DNA of 64,000 nucleotides from an uncultured Gemmatimonadaceae bacterium (GCA_963843845.1 CAWJMB010000002.1:2624001-2688000); one strand, 5' to 3'. Counted from the first letter of the stretch, positions 28,159 through 40,618 are shown. Numbers and translations: made by a program. The notes: generated by a model from the sequence alone, not told the origin.

Positions 28159-28710
28159 TCAGCTACTTCTGCCGCGCACCAGTCGCCGCAACCGGGCCGG
28201 CATGCCGAGCGGCAGGAAGAACGACGCCGCGTTCACGACGCGGTGCAGATTCAGATCGCTCAACTCCGCCCGCGAGCCGGTCCAGTGATCGAGCAGGACG
28301 CTCCGCCCGGCGTTCTGCACGAGCCGCTGCAGCGCCGTCACGAGCAGGAAGACGTCGTCGACTTCACCGAGGAATGGCAGGAAATCCGGAATGAAGTCGA
28401 TCGGCGTGAGGATGTACGCGATCGCCGCTCCGACGAGCACCTTGTCGATGGCCGAGACGCGCCGGTCGACGAGGAGTCCGCCCAACAGACGCAGGTACTG
28501 CGGGATCTGCTGCATCGTTCCGAGCAGCGTGCGTTTCGCGCCACGACGCGGGCGCATCGCCTTGCGCGCTCGCGCTGTCGCGTCGCGCACGCCATCGCGC
28601 ACGCCACCGCCTGCGCGCTCGGCGGCGTCGCGCACGCGTTCGGACACGCGGTCGCCGATACGCTCGGCGATGCGAGCCGTCTTACGAAGTCGTGCTCTCG
28701 GTGCGGTCAC
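28159..28710 (-). CDS. YkvA/DUF1232 family protein
   Basis: AIAYILTPIDFIPDFLPFLGEVDD. Confidence 0.85.
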   Translation of the reverse strand: MTAPRARLRKTARIAERIGDRVSERVRDAAERAGGGVRDGVRDATARARKAMRPRRGAKRTLLGTMQQIPQYLRLLGGLLVDRRVSAIDKVLVGAAIAYILTPIDFIPDFLPFLGEVDDVFLLVTALQRLVQNAGRSVLLDHWTGSRAELSDLNLHRVVNAASFFLPLGMPARLRRLVRGRSS

Positions 28711-29177
28711 GGGGTGCGGTCTCCGGGTGTAGGGGCGCCGCTCGGGCCCGTGGTCGGTCCAGTGGAGCTGCCGGGCGGCGCAGACGGGGGTGCGGTCGGA
28801 TCCGCCGGCGGCACCCCACCTGCTGAAGGGGCGCTCCCCGGCTGTGTCGTCGCATCCGCGACGACCGTGCCGACACGCTGCGCCGCGGTCGCGAGGTCGG
28901 TCGCCATCGTCTTCCCGACCGTCGCGACGTTGTTCAGCATCCCGGCCGCCTTGTTCAGCAGCCCCATCGTGTCCGCGATCGTCGTCGCCGAGACACGGCC
29001 CGCGCGCATCTTGTCCTCGACCGTCTCCGCGAACGACTGGAAGAGGTTCGGCGCGGGGTTCTGGCGCTCGGCGTACTTCGACTCCAGGAATTCGACATAG
29101 TCGAGCACCTGATAGAGGCGCTCTTCGCTGAGCGGCTCGAGGCGCCGCGCGATGCGGTCCCGTAGATGTTGGGTCAT
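28707..29177 (-). CDS. Hypothetical protein (DUF2281-like N-terminus, Pro/Gly-rich tail)
   Basis: 'LEPLSEERLYQVLDYVEFLESKY'; 4-nt overlap with the downstream gene. Confidence 0.6.
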   Translation of the reverse strand: MTQHLRDRIARRLEPLSEERLYQVLDYVEFLESKYAERQNPAPNLFQSFAETVEDKMRAGRVSATTIADTMGLLNKAAGMLNNVATVGKTMATDLATAAQRVGTVVADATTQPGSAPSAGGVPPADPTAPPSAPPGSSTGPTTGPSGAPTPGDRTP

Positions 29178-29196
29178 GACAGAAAAGATAGACGCG

Positions 29197-30357
29197 TCAG
29201 CCCCACCAGCGCGCTTTCTTCCCGCGTGCATCGATGTGCACATACGGTCGCCGGTACTTGGCGCTCACGTACACGCCGAGGCCCCCGGCCAGCTCGGGGT
29301 GTTTCCGTTCGACCATCTCGGCCGCGATCGCGACGATCCGGCTGTCGAACGAGGTGAAACGCCCGTCCCCGTCGGCATCGATCGCGACGTCGGCCGCGTC
29401 GCCGTACTGATGACGGCTGTTCAGCGCGGATCCCTCGACGCTCCCATTGTGCAGCGGCGTACGGAAGCCGGAGTGCACGTCGACCTCGAGCTTCAGCGGA
29501 TCGGTCATCCCACGAATGCGTGCGACCTCGTCGGCCACCAGCTCGAGCTTGTCGAGCAGGCGCGGACTGACGACGACGTACTTCGGCCAGAGTCGTTGCC
29601 CGTCGTGCGTCATGAAGTCGGCGAGACGCAGGTGCGGCGTGAGGCGCAGGTCCGTGTTCCGCTGATCGATCTCGATGAAGCCAGGCGGCTTCTCCCCGCC
29701 GAACCGCTCGAACGGATACGAGCCGACGCGATAGCCGTTCACCATGCCTCCGAGCTTCTGGGCGAACGGCACGAGTACCGCGATCGTGATCTCCCCGAGG
29801 ACGTGCGGAGACTCCATCGGCGCGGGCGTGACCGAGGCGAGCGCCAGATGATAGAGGCCAGGTCGCGTTGGCGCGACGACCGTCGCGCTGGCGAGCGGGC
29901 GTTCGGGCGCGGCGTCGGACGAGTCGGCCGCACGCACCCAGCGGTAGGTGAGGCGCCGCGCATCCGCCGCGATCGGGAGCGGGTACTCCACGAGCTGCCC
30001 CGGCATCGCGACGCGGACGAGCACGTCGCCGCTCTTGCCGAACGCACGCGTCGCGCGGGCCGACGACAGCAGCGGCCCGCTGCGCTCGACATCGGACCCG
30101 ACGTTCACCTCCCGCGCGAACCGCCCCGCTCCAGCGATCTCGCCGAGCGGCTTGTACAGACGGAGCACCGCGGTGGCCGAGACGAGGAGCAGCGCCGCGA
30201 CGAGCAGGTACGACGGCCGCCGCACCGCGCGCGTCGTACTCGCGCTATGGCGCACGGCAACGTCGCTCGCGGCGGCGCTGCGCCGCGCCTCCTCGAGGCG
30301 CGCCAGCTCGAACATCGTGAGGCGGCGGGAGCCGTCGTCGGCGGTCGGGTCGGTCAC
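29197..30357 (-). CDS. Peptidase M15 (D-Ala-D-Ala carboxypeptidase-like) metallohydrolase with N-terminal TM
   Basis: SGFRTPLHN, SRHQYGDAADV and YVHIDARG zinc motifs. Confidence 0.85.
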   Translation of the reverse strand: MTDPTADDGSRRLTMFELARLEEARRSAAASDVAVRHSASTTRAVRRPSYLLVAALLLVSATAVLRLYKPLGEIAGAGRFAREVNVGSDVERSGPLLSSARATRAFGKSGDVLVRVAMPGQLVEYPLPIAADARRLTYRWVRAADSSDAAPERPLASATVVAPTRPGLYHLALASVTPAPMESPHVLGEITIAVLVPFAQKLGGMVNGYRVGSYPFERFGGEKPPGFIEIDQRNTDLRLTPHLRLADFMTHDGQRLWPKYVVVSPRLLDKLELVADEVARIRGMTDPLKLEVDVHSGFRTPLHNGSVEGSALNSRHQYGDAADVAIDADGDGRFTSFDSRIVAIAAEMVERKHPELAGGLGVYVSAKYRRPYVHIDARGKKARWWG

Positions 30358-30489
30358 ACGGTCATGCGCAGGGTTCAGAACGCTCCTGGCCGCGCAGTCT
30401 AGCCGCGCCGGCCCCAGCGTCCTACCGACGAGCGACGCCCGCGTTCCGATTCAGTGGAACGCCCTCCTGGCGCCGGGTACATTGCGCGC

Positions 30490-32076
30490 ATGTCACACCC
30501 CACTGCCCGCCCCGTCGCGCTCGTCGTGCTCGATGGATGGGGCTACCGCGCCGCGACCGACGGCAACGCGATCGCCATGTCGCAGACGCCGACCTGGGAC
30601 GCGCTCTGGCGCCTCCGCTCGCGCACGCTGCTGCACGCGTCCGGGCTGCCGGTCGGACTTCCCGAAGGTCAGATGGGGAACAGCGAGGTCGGCCATCTGA
30701 ACCTCGGAGCGGGGCGCATCGTGATGCAGGACCTCGTGCGAATCTCGGAGTCGATCCGCAGCGGCGACTTCTATCGCAACCACGCGTTCGTGAGCGCGTG
30801 CCGGGCGGTACGGGCGAACGGCGGGACGCTTCACCTGCTCGGCCTCGTGGGGAAGGGGGGCGTGCACGGGCTCGACCGGCACCTGTTCGCCCTGGTCGAC
30901 CTCGCCGCCCGTGAGGGAGTTCCGCGCGTCGCGATCCACGCGATGCTCGACGGACGCGACACGCTGCCGAAGAGCGCTCTCGGCTACATGCGCGAGACGG
31001 TGCAGACCGTCGCCGGACGAGCCGTCGTCGCGAGCGTCGGCGGGCGGTACTATGGAATGGACCGCGACCGACGCTGGCAGCGCACGGAGCTGTTCTACGA
31101 TGCGATGCTCGGCCGCGCGCCGCTCGCGGGCGATCCGATCGCGGCGATCGAGACGGCGTACGACGCGGGGACGACCGACGAGTTCCTGCTCCCCGTGACG
31201 ATCGCCAGCCCCGACGGCGTGCCGATCGCGCCGCTGCGGAGCGGCGACGTCGTGGTCTGCTGGAACTACCGCTCGGACCGCATGCGGCAGATCGTCCGCG
31301 CCCTCGTCGACCCGGCCTTCGATGGCTTCAGCGTGTCGACGCGGCCGCGCGTGTCGGTGGTGACGATGACCGTGTACGACGCCACGTTCGAGCCGCTCGG
31401 CGTGCGGGCGGCCTTCGCGCCGCAGTCGATGGCGCGCATCGTCGCCGAGGTAGTGAGCGATGCGGGCCGCACGATGCTGAAGACGGCGGAAACGGAGAAG
31501 TACCCGCATGTGACTTACTTCTACAACGGCGGCAACGAGGCGCCGTACGCCGGCGAGGAGCGCCTCCTCGTCCCGAGTCAGAAGGTCGCGACGTACGACC
31601 TCGCGCCGGAGATGAGCGCGATCCCGCTCACCGACGGCCTCGTGCGCGCGCTCGAGACGCGCTCGCACGACTTCATTCTGTGCAACTACGCGAACGGCGA
31701 CATGGTCGGACATTCCGGCTCGCTCCGGGCGACGATCCAGGCCGTCGAGACGGTCGATCGGTGCCTGGCCCGCGTGGTCGCAGCCGCGGCGCGAGGCGGC
31801 TGGCGACTGCTCGTGACCGCCGATCATGGCAACTGTGAGATGATGATCGATCCTGCAACCGGCGGCCCGCACACGGCGCACACCACGAATCCCGTTCCGT
31901 TCGTCGTCGTCGATCCGGACGACGACGCGGCGCTGCGCGCCGGGGGCGCACTCTGCGACGTCGGGCCGACCGTGCTTCGCATGCTCGGCATTCCGCAGCC
32001 CGACGAGATGACGGGGGTCGACCTCGCGAACCTCGCCGCGCCGAACGCCGCGGCGTTCGCCGGGAGCGCAGCGTGA
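30490..32076 (+). CDS. gpmI: 2,3-bisphosphoglycerate-independent phosphoglycerate mutase
   Basis: LDGWG, GQMGNSEVGH, GRYYGMDRD, AETEKYPHVTYF, NGDMVGHSG, TADHGN, HTAHT. Confidence 0.97.
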   Translation: MSHPTARPVALVVLDGWGYRAATDGNAIAMSQTPTWDALWRLRSRTLLHASGLPVGLPEGQMGNSEVGHLNLGAGRIVMQDLVRISESIRSGDFYRNHAFVSACRAVRANGGTLHLLGLVGKGGVHGLDRHLFALVDLAAREGVPRVAIHAMLDGRDTLPKSALGYMRETVQTVAGRAVVASVGGRYYGMDRDRRWQRTELFYDAMLGRAPLAGDPIAAIETAYDAGTTDEFLLPVTIASPDGVPIAPLRSGDVVVCWNYRSDRMRQIVRALVDPAFDGFSVSTRPRVSVVTMTVYDATFEPLGVRAAFAPQSMARIVAEVVSDAGRTMLKTAETEKYPHVTYFYNGGNEAPYAGEERLLVPSQKVATYDLAPEMSAIPLTDGLVRALETRSHDFILCNYANGDMVGHSGSLRATIQAVETVDRCLARVVAAAARGGWRLLVTADHGNCEMMIDPATGGPHTAHTTNPVPFVVVDPDDDAALRAGGALCDVGPTVLRMLGIPQPDEMTGVDLANLAAPNAAAFAGSAA

Positions 32077-32786
32077 TGTCCCGATCACTCCACGTGGCGA
32101 CGTTCCTCGCCGCGGTCGCGCTGGTGGTCACCCGGCTCGCGGCGCCTGCCGCCGCGCAGGTCGGCACCGTACCCGCACGCAGTCCCTTCGTCGACCTCCC
32201 GTCGCGACAGGGTCTCACCCCGTTCGCCGGCTACCTGTTCGCGGCGAGCGACCGAGCCGGCGTCGCGCCGCAGTCCGCGCCGTACTTCGGCGTGCAGTAC
32301 GACATCTACCTCGGTGGGCCGGCGTCGTTCACGGCACGGATCGCGTCGGCGGTGGCCGAGCGGAACGTCATCGACCCGGCGCGTCCGACCGCGACGCGGC
32401 TGCTCGGCGTCGAGCGCCAGCCGCTCACGATGGCCGACGCGGGGTTCTCGTTCGCGCTGACCGGGCAGAAGAGCTACCGCGGCTTCGTGCCGCTCGTGAA
32501 CGGTGGCATCGGCGTCGTGTCGAACTTCAAGGGCGTCGACGCGGGCGGGTTCAACCTCGGCACCCGGTTTGCGTTCTCGTACGGCGGCGGGGTGCGCTAC
32601 GTCACGTCGGGCCGCCTGTCGGTACGTGGGGACGTCGTCTGGCATCTGTTCCAGCTTCGCTACCCCGATCGTTACTTCCAGGCCGCCCTCGACAGCACGT
32701 CGGTGCTCCCCTCCGGATCGTCGAAGAGCAACTGGCTCAACAGCCCCGCAGTCACGGTCGGCCTCACGTACCAGATTTTCCGCTGA
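32076..32786 (+). CDS. Putative outer-membrane beta-barrel protein
   Basis: Signal peptide; alternating amphipathic beta strands; C-terminal VTVGLTYQIFR. Confidence 0.6.
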   Translation: MSRSLHVATFLAAVALVVTRLAAPAAAQVGTVPARSPFVDLPSRQGLTPFAGYLFAASDRAGVAPQSAPYFGVQYDIYLGGPASFTARIASAVAERNVIDPARPTATRLLGVERQPLTMADAGFSFALTGQKSYRGFVPLVNGGIGVVSNFKGVDAGGFNLGTRFAFSYGGGVRYVTSGRLSVRGDVVWHLFQLRYPDRYFQAALDSTSVLPSGSSKSNWLNSPAVTVGLTYQIFR

Positions 32787-32844
32787 GCCGACCGATCCAC
32801 GCGGCGCCGCCACGAGCGGCGCCGCCTTGCATCGGAGCGGCACG

Positions 32845-33364
32845 ATGGCGCGCGACTACGAGCAGTTCAGCAACATCGAGGCACTGGACGACGACGAGCT
32901 GCGGCAGCTCGTGCGCGACCGCCTCGCTGATCATCCGGACATCGACCTCGACGACATCAGCGTCCACGTCTCCGCCGGGACGGTACGCCTCGAGGGGCGC
33001 GTCGGCACCGAGAGCGAGCTGCGTATCGCCGAGCACATCGTGACCGACGTCGTCGGCGTGACGATCTCGACAACTCGCTCGTCGTCGACGCCATCCGTCG
33101 CGGCGAGGCGCCGCTCGACGTCGAGGCGCACATCGCGGTCGAGCGCGATCAGGCCGGAACGGCGCTCGGAGACCTGCCGCCGCAGGAGTCGGACGAGGCG
33201 TTCGAGGCGCGCGCCGACGCGGATCTCGACGGCGAATGTTCGGCACGACCGACATGCACAACGCGATCGCGCACGGCACGTCGTACACGCCGCCCGACAT
33301 GCCGACGTCCGAAGGCATGCGCGGGTCCGACGCCGGGCCCGGAGAGAGGGGCGAGGACCACTGA
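32845..33364 (+). CDS. BON domain protein (frameshifted)
   Basis: DDDELRQLVRDRL...ISVHVSAGTVRLEGRV...AEHIVTDVVGV; GGAG SD upstream. Confidence 0.75.
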
Positions 33365-33402
33365 GCTCGGCGCCGGTGAGCGATCCCACCGTCGAGCGCG
33401 CC

Positions 33403-33844
33403 ATGCCTCGCGTCTCGCTCACCCGCCGGCGTGACGTTCGCGGCGGCGCATCGCTATCGCCGCCCCGACTGGAGCGACGACCGCAACGCCGAGACGTTCG
33501 GGCTCTGTGCGCGGCCGAACTATCACGGGCACAGCTATCGCTGCGACGTCACCGTGCAGGCGGAGTCCATCGACGCCGAGACCGGCTTCGTCGTCGACCT
33601 CGGGCTGCTCGATCGCGTGCTGCACGACGAGGTGCGAGCGCGCTTCGACCACGCGAACATCAATCTCGACGTGCCGGAGTTCGCGGACGGCGCGCTGATC
33701 CCGACCGGCGAGAATCTCGCGCGCTTCATCTGCGAGCGCGTTCAGCGCCGCCTCGAGGACGCGCTCGGCTCGCGCGCGCCTCGCGTGGCGGCGCGTCACC
33801 GTCGCCGAGGACGCCACACTCTGAGCGCGACCTACGAACCGTAG
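33403..33844 (+). CDS. queD: 6-carboxytetrahydropterin synthase / PTPS (frameshifted)
   Basis: FAAAHRY, CARPNYHGHSY, GFVVDLG, FDHANIN, PTGENLA. Confidence 0.85.
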
Positions 33845-33849
33845 AGTTC

Positions 33850-35476
33850 GCGCCGAGTAGCTTGCCGGGCGCGATCGCGCCCGACACTGCTCTCCTCGCT
33901 TCGCTCGCGCTGTGCTCCCCGCGCTGCGCGACCGCGCCGCGTCTGCCGTCGCCGCCGGCCGTCGCCGCTGCGCCCGACCGGTGCCGAACGCCGGCCCCCG
34001 GCCCGACGTGCCGCCGCGCGTCGATCCCACGTCGCCGGCTGACGCGCCGGCGACGTCGACTCGATGGTGAGCCGAGCCGCAGTGGGCGAACGCGCACTGG
34101 GGGATCCTCATCGTGGATCCGGCGACGCGGCGAGACGCTGTACTCGCACAACGCGGCGAAGCTCTTCCTGCCCGCGTCGAACCAGAAGATCATCACCGGC
34201 GCCGTCGCGCTCGCACAGCTCGGCCCGGATTATCGGTGGCGGACGACGTTCGCGACCCGTGGCCGCGATCGAAGAACGGCACGCTCGACGGCGATCTGCT
34301 CGTGATCGGACGCGGCGATCCGACGGTGAGCGACGCGATGCGCGGCGACGCGCTCGCCCCGCTGCGCGACGTCGCCGACTCGCTCGCCGCGCGCGGCGTG
34401 AGGCGGATCCGAGGGCGTATCGTCGCCGACGGCAACGCCTTTCCCGGACCGATCTACGGCTTCGGCTGGGACTGGGACGACGCGAACTTCGCCTATGGTG
34501 CAGGCGTCGACGAGCTGACGTTCAACGAGGGCTTCACGCGGATCGTCGTGCGCGGCGCGGAGAAGCCGGGGTGGCAGCCGACGTGCGTGGACCGCGCCCG
34601 TGTCGGCCTATCCGCCGCTCCGCGTCGACGTCCGTCACGATCGAGCACGACGACCACGACGGAGGCCGGCCGCGCGTCGAGGCGCGGCAGGACTCGACCA
34701 CCGGCGGCTACGTGCTCACCGGCACGATCGGCGTGAACGACAGCGTCGCGCTGGAACTCGCGTATCCCGACCCCGGGCGCGTCGTACCTCGCCGCGCTGC
34801 GCGAGGCGCTCGCGCTGCGCGGCATCGCCGTCGATCGAGCCGCCGACGCGCGACGCGCGCGCCCGCGCCCGGCCGCGCCGCGGTGGCGACGACGCCGGAC
34901 ACACTGTTCAGCATCCTCTCGCCGCCGCTGCGCGCCGTGCTGCCGCCGCTCGAGAAGCCGTCGCAGAACCAGATCGCGGAACTGCTGTTCCGAACGCTCG
35001 GCTACGTGCGCACCGGCGTCGGGCTCGCGGACAGCGGGCGACGCGTCGTGAACGACCAGCTCCGCGCCTGGGGCGTCACGCCCGAGCGCGACGTCGCCGT
35101 GCGCGACGGCAGCGGCCTGTCGCGCCACGACTACGTGTCACCGAACGCGATCGTCCGCGTGCTCGACGGCGATCCGCGGCGATACGGCGTTCCGCGCGTT
35201 CTACGATGCGCTCCCGATCGGCGGCGTCGACGGCACGATCCGCAACCGCATGAAGGGCACGCTCGCCGAGGGGAACGTGCACGCGAAGACCGGCACGGTC
35301 GACAAGGCGCGTTCGCTCTCCGGCTACGTCACGACAGCGGACGGCGCGCATGCTCGATGTTCAGCTTCCTGTGCAACAACTACACGGTGCCGACGCGCGA
35401 GGTCGAGCGGGTGCAGGACGCGATCGCGGCGCGGCTCGCGTCGTTGGGCGCCGCGACCACGACGTCGAGCCGGTGA
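33850..35476 (+). CDS. dacB: D-Ala-D-Ala carboxypeptidase/endopeptidase, peptidase S13 (frameshifted)
   Basis: PASNQK (SxxK), SQN (SxN), DGSGLSRHD, AKTG; start approximate. Confidence 0.85.
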
Positions 35477-36842
35477 GTCCCGGCGCTCGGCGCCTCGCGC
35501 GCGCTGACGTGCCCGCCGGTCCGCTCTCGTTCGACGACGCGCTCGCGGCGGTGCTCGCCGGCGCCGAGCCGTCGGCGCGACGAGCGCGTGCGCGCTCCGC
35601 GCCGCGCTCGGCCGGGCGCTCGCGGAGCCGACGTCGCGTCGCCGGTCGATCTGCCGCCGTGGGACAACGCGGCGATGGACGGCTACGCGGTGCGCGCCGC
35701 GGACGTCCGCGGCGCGTCGCGTGAGCGCCCGGTCGTGCTCCGCGTCGTCGGCGAGGTCGCCGCCGGCGGAGACGCGCGTGCCATCGACGTTAGGCAGCGG
35801 CGACGCGGTGCGCATCTCGACCGGAGCGCCGGTCCCCGAGACGCGGACAGCCGTCGTCCGCGTCGAGGACACGGTGAGCGCCGGCGACGCAGAGGCGTCG
35901 ACGAGCGACGGGCGGGTCGCCGTCGTCGACGACCGCGACGTCCGTGGTGCGACGGCAGTGCAGCGGCACGTCCGCCCGCGCGGCGAGGACGTGCCCGCCG
36001 GGACGACCGTGCTCGAGGCGGGCACGACGATCACCGCCGCCGACGCCGGGGTCCTCGCCAGCGTCGGCGCCGCCCAGGTGCATGTCGTTCGACGCCCGCG
36101 CCTGGCGCTCGTCAGCTCCGGCGACGAGCTGGTCGACGTCGATGCCTTCGACGAAGTGTTGGGCGGACGCAGGATCGTCTCGTCGAACGGCTACACGCTC
36201 GCCGCGCAGGCGACGCTCGCCGGCGCCGAGGTTCGCGACCTCGGGGCGACGCCCGACGACCGTGACGTGCTGCGCGACCGGCTCGCCGCCGCGCTGAACG
36301 ACGCGCGAGGCTGCGACGTGCTGGTGACGTCCGGCGGCGTCTCGGTCGGCGCCCACGACCACACGCGCGATGCGCTCACCGACCTCGGTCTCACGCTCGC
36401 CTTCTGGCGGGTCCGCATCCGACCCGGAGGGCCATTCGGCTTCGGAACGCTGCGCGACGCGAGCGGGCGAATCGTGCGATGGTTGGGCATTCCAGGCAAC
36501 CCGGTGTCGGCGATGGTGACGATGGAGCTGTTCGGCCGACCGCTGCTGCGCCGACTCGGAGGTCACGCGCGCGTCCATCGGCGGCGCGTGTCCGTGCGCG
36601 TGCTCGATCCGATCCGCACGCCGGCGCCACTGACGCACTTCCTCCGTGCGTCGCTCGACGTCGACGCGTCCGGCCAGCTCGTCGCGCGGCTCACCGGCGC
36701 GCAGGGCTCGAACCTGCTGACGTCGATGGCCCGCGCCGACGCGTTGCTCGTCATTCCCGAGGATGTGGCCGAGCTGCCGGCCCAGTCGACCGTCTCCGCG
36801 ATCCTGCTCGGCGAAGGCGCACTCGATGCCGCGTCGCCGTGA
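35473..36842 (+). CDS. moeA: Molybdopterin molybdenumtransferase (5' frameshifts)
   Basis: PPWDNAAMDGYAVR, ISTGAPVP, SSGDEL, TSGGVSVG, GIPGNPVSA. Confidence 0.92.
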
Positions 36843-37528
36843 CGCTCGACGGGGCCGCGCTCGCTGCGATCGACGCGCTGGACGCTGACCTGCGACGTCG
36901 CTTCGACGTCGTCGAGAGCGACGTCGACGTCGGAGAGACCACGTTCCGGATCCTGCGCCCCCGCAGCGCCGAGGCACTCATCAGCGAAGCGGACTTCGAC
37001 CGCGACGAGCGGCTGCCGTACTGGGCCGACGTGTGGCCCTCGTCCGTCGTGCTCGCAGAGCGACTGTCAGGCACCCGCGGCGCTGGCCGCACGCTCCTCG
37101 AGCTCGGGTGCGGCGTCGGCGTCGTCGCGCTCGCCGCGGCGCGGGTTGGGTACGACGTCACCGTGAGCGACTACTACGAGGACGCGACCGCGTTCGCGCG
37201 GCTGAACCTCGGACGTGCCGGTCATGTCGCCACGGCGTGTACGCTCGACTGGCGCCAGCTTCCCGACGATCTGCCGACCTACGACGTCGTCGTCGCGTCC
37301 GACGTCCTCTACGAGCGTCCGTACGCCGAGCTCGTGGCGCGAGTGCTGGATCGGGCGCTCGCGCCGCACGGCGTGGCATTCGTCGCCGATCCGGGGCGCG
37401 TCGCCGCCCCCGCATTCGTCGACGCGGCGCGCGCCCTCGGGCTGACGGTCGCGGCGCCAGACGTGATGCCGATCGACGTCGCAGGCATCACTCAGCGCAT
37501 CGCCGTCTACACCCTCGCGCCGTCCTGA
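36839..37528 (+). CDS. Class I SAM-dependent methyltransferase (Methyltransf_16 / protein lysine MTase-like)
   Basis: ERLPYWADVWPSS, LLELGCGVG, LDWR, ASDVLYE; GTG overlaps the moeA stop. Confidence 0.85.
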   Translation: MTLDGAALAAIDALDADLRRRFDVVESDVDVGETTFRILRPRSAEALISEADFDRDERLPYWADVWPSSVVLAERLSGTRGAGRTLLELGCGVGVVALAAARVGYDVTVSDYYEDATAFARLNLGRAGHVATACTLDWRQLPDDLPTYDVVVASDVLYERPYAELVARVLDRALAPHGVAFVADPGRVAAPAFVDAARALGLTVAAPDVMPIDVAGITQRIAVYTLAPS

Positions 37529-37538
37529 GCGCGACGCG

Positions 37539-39635
37539 TCACGCGCTCGCCACTTCCGTCGGCGCGAGCCGCGACGCGACGACCTCGCTGATGTCGAGGA
37601 CCGGCACGTCGGACCCCTTCGCCGTCACGCCGTCGGTCATCATCGTCATGCAGAACGGGCACGCGACGGCGATCGTCTCGGCGCCCGTCGCGAGCAACTC
37701 CTCGGTCCGCTCGACGTTGATGCGCTTGCCGGCCGTCTCCTCCATCCACATCCGGCCGCCGCCCGCCCCGCAACACAGCCCGCGCGACTTCGTCCGCTTC
37801 GGCTCGACGAGTGTCACGACGGGGAGCGCGCGCCGAAGCGTCTCACGCGGCGCGTCGTAGATGTCGTTGTAGCGTCCGAGGTAGCACGAGTCGTGATACG
37901 CCACCGTGAGGCGCTCGGTATCCTCGTCGCGCAGCGGGATGCGCTCCTGCGTCAGCAGCCGGTCGATGTACGTCGTGTGGTGAATGACCTCGTAGTTGCC
38001 GCCGAGCTGCGGGAACTCGTTGCCGATCTGGTGAAAGCAGTGCGGACAGAACGTGACGACCGTCTTGACCTCGTAGCGGTCGAGCGTCTCGATCGTGCCC
38101 TTGGCGAGCATCTGGTACAGATACTCGTTCCCCATGCGCCGAGCGGGGTCGCCGTTGCAGGTCTCCTCCTGACCGAGGATCGCGAAGTTCACGTTCGCCG
38201 CCTTGAGGATGCGCGCGAACGCGACCGTGATCTTCTTCGCGCGGTCGTCGAACGAGCCCATGCATCCGACCCAGAACAGGATCTCCGGCCGCTCGCCGCG
38301 CTCGAACGCTTCCGCCATCGTCGGGATGTCGAGCCCCTCGGCCCACTCTTCACGCGCCGAGGCGCTGAACGCCCACGGGCTGCCGTTGCGCTCCATCGAC
38401 GTGAACGCCGGCTGTAGCTCCTCGGGAAAGCGCGACTCGGTCAGCACGAGCTCGCGGCGCAGCTCGTTGATGATGTCGAGCTGGTCGATCGACACCGGGC
38501 ACTCCTGCACGCACGCGCGGCAGCTCGTGCACGCCCACAACTCCTCTTCGGTGATGTAGTTGTCGAGCAGCCGGTTCTCCATCACCGCCGTGAGCGTCTG
38601 GCTCCCGGCGTCGCCCCCTTCGCCCTGCACGAGCTGCGGCTTGCGCGCCTCGCCGAGGTCGCCGACCACGAGCGGCGCCTTCTCCATCAGCCGCTGCCGC
38701 GTGTTCACCATGATCTTGCGGGGCGACAGCACCTTGCCGGTGATGTTCGCCGGGCAGGCCGCCGTGCAGCGTCCGCACTCGGTGCACGAGTAGCCGTCGA
38801 GCAGATTCTTCCACGTCAGGTGCTCGACGTCGCTCGCGCCGAACTGCTCTGCGTTCTCGTCCTCGAGGTCCATCGGCCGCATCACCTTCGGCCACGTCTC
38901 GCCGCTCGTGTTCGAGAGGTAGACGTTCGGCAGCGACACGAGCACATGCAGGTGCTTCGAGTACGGCAGGTAGTTCAGGAAGCCGAGGATCAGAATCGCG
39001 TGCGCCCACCAGCTCACGTCGTGCACGGTGCGCGCGGTCGACGCCGACATGCCGCCCAACGCGACGCCGAGCCCGCGCGACAGCAGGCGCGCTCCGTTGA
39101 CCGCCTCAGGATCGTAGATCGACTCGGTGGCGCCGTTCAGCAGCAGCGTGAGCATGAGCAGCGCGATCACGTTCAGGATCACGACCGCTTCCCACGTGTG
39201 CACGTCGTCGCCCTGCAGCCGGCGCGGCTTGATGACCAGCCGCCGGTAGATGAGCCACGACACCGCGCCCAACACGAGCAGCGCGAAGAGCTCCTGGGAG
39301 AGCCCGTACAGCCCGTAGATCGGCGACGGCAGCAGCCACTCGTAGGTGAAGCCGGTGACCACGCCCTGGATCAGGATCTCGAGCGTCCCGATCGTCAGCA
39401 CGCAGAAGCCCCAGAACACCGACGCGTGCATCACGCCCGCGGTCGGGTCGCGCAGAATCTTCGTCTGCGCGAACCCGATCGTGAGCAGATTCCACAGGCG
39501 CTCCGCGGGATGATCGCCGCGGGGGTCGGGTTTACCGACCACGGTCATGTAGCGATACAGCCGCTGCGCGTTGTACGCGAAGAACGCCGCCGCGAGGACG
39601 AGGACGCCGAGGAAGACGACGTTCGTGATCGTCAC
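37539..39635 (-). CDS. Membrane Fe-S oxidoreductase, FadF/EtfD (heterodisulfide-reductase-like) family
   Basis: N-terminal TM/cytochrome-b-like region; [12 protein letters not shown] and [12 protein letters not shown] ferredoxin motifs; two CCG domains (CNG..CPHC; CCGAGGG..CPFC). Confidence 0.9.
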   Translation of the reverse strand: MTITNVVFLGVLVLAAAFFAYNAQRLYRYMTVVGKPDPRGDHPAERLWNLLTIGFAQTKILRDPTAGVMHASVFWGFCVLTIGTLEILIQGVVTGFTYEWLLPSPIYGLYGLSQELFALLVLGAVSWLIYRRLVIKPRRLQGDDVHTWEAVVILNVIALLMLTLLLNGATESIYDPEAVNGARLLSRGLGVALGGMSASTARTVHDVSWWAHAILILGFLNYLPYSKHLHVLVSLPNVYLSNTSGETWPKVMRPMDLEDENAEQFGASDVEHLTWKNLLDGYSCTECGRCTAACPANITGKVLSPRKIMVNTRQRLMEKAPLVVGDLGEARKPQLVQGEGGDAGSQTLTAVMENRLLDNYITEEELWACTSCRACVQECPVSIDQLDIINELRRELVLTESRFPEELQPAFTSMERNGSPWAFSASAREEWAEGLDIPTMAEAFERGERPEILFWVGCMGSFDDRAKKITVAFARILKAANVNFAILGQEETCNGDPARRMGNEYLYQMLAKGTIETLDRYEVKTVVTFCPHCFHQIGNEFPQLGGNYEVIHHTTYIDRLLTQERIPLRDEDTERLTVAYHDSCYLGRYNDIYDAPRETLRRALPVVTLVEPKRTKSRGLCCGAGGGRMWMEETAGKRINVERTEELLATGAETIAVACPFCMTMMTDGVTAKGSDVPVLDISEVVASRLAPTEVASA

Positions 39636-40618
39636 GACTGCTTCGCCGCTTTGACGGCCTGCGTGAGGGCCGGCACGATCTCCATCACGTCGCCGACGAC
39701 GCCGTAGTCCGCGACCTTGAAGATCGGTGCGTCCTTGTCCTTGTTGATCGCGACGATCGTCTTCGATGTGCGCATGCCGGCGAGGTGCTGGATCGCGCCC
39801 GAGATGCCGACCGCGATGTAGAGCGTCGGGCTCACGACGCGGCCGGTCTGCCCGATCTGCTCCGAATGCGGGCGCCACCCTTCGTCGGTCACCGCGCGCG
39901 TCGCGCCGACGGCCGCGTTGCCGAACGCGTCGGCCAGCTCCTCGACGAGCTTGAAGTTGTCGGCCGACTTGAGCCCGCGCCCTCCGGAGACGATCGTCGC
40001 CGCCTCGCCGAGGTCGAGCTTGCCCTTGCTCCCCTCGCGCAGCTCGACGGTGCGCGCCTTGGACTGCGCCGGGTCGCCGACCAGCGCGACGCTCTCCGTG
40101 CGTCCGCCCTTCGCACTCGGCACGATCGTGATCGCGCCCAGCCGCACCGACACGAGCGCGGGCGACGCGCCGATCGACAGCGTCCCGTTCACCTTCCCCG
40201 TGTACATCGGATGCTTCACGACGATCGCGTCCCCGTCGACGCCGACCGACGTCGCATCGGCCGCGAGCGGCGCGCGCAGCCTGGCGGCGACGCGCGGGGC
40301 GAGATCCTTTCCCTGCGCCGTCGCGCTGAACACGGCCGCGCGATAGCCGCCACTCGTGATGCGTTCCGCCACCGTACGCGTCGTCGACTCGGCGTCGTAG
40401 TGGGTCAGGCCGGCGTGCTCGACGACGAGCACGAGGTCGGCGCCGACCTCCGCCAGCTTCGAGACGACGGAGCCGACGCCAGGCGCGCCGACGACCATCG
40501 CGTGCACCTCGCCGCCGCCGCCCGCGTCGGCGAGCTGACGCGCCGCCGTGACGGCCTCGAGTCCGGCCTTGCGCAGCTCACCGCCGCGCGTCTCCGCGAA
40601 TGCGAACACGTTCGCCAT
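39632..40618 (-). CDS. etfA: Electron transfer flavoprotein alpha subunit
   Basis: [35 protein letters not shown]. Confidence 0.95.
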   Translation of the reverse strand: MANVFAFAETRGGELRKAGLEAVTAARQLADAGGGGEVHAMVVGAPGVGSVVSKLAEVGADLVLVVEHAGLTHYDAESTTRTVAERITSGGYRAAVFSATAQGKDLAPRVAARLRAPLAADATSVGVDGDAIVVKHPMYTGKVNGTLSIGASPALVSVRLGAITIVPSAKGGRTESVALVGDPAQSKARTVELREGSKGKLDLGEAATIVSGGRGLKSADNFKLVEELADAFGNAAVGATRAVTDEGWRPHSEQIGQTGRVVSPTLYIAVGISGAIQHLAGMRTSKTIVAINKDKDAPIFKVADYGVVGDVMEIVPALTQAVKAAKQS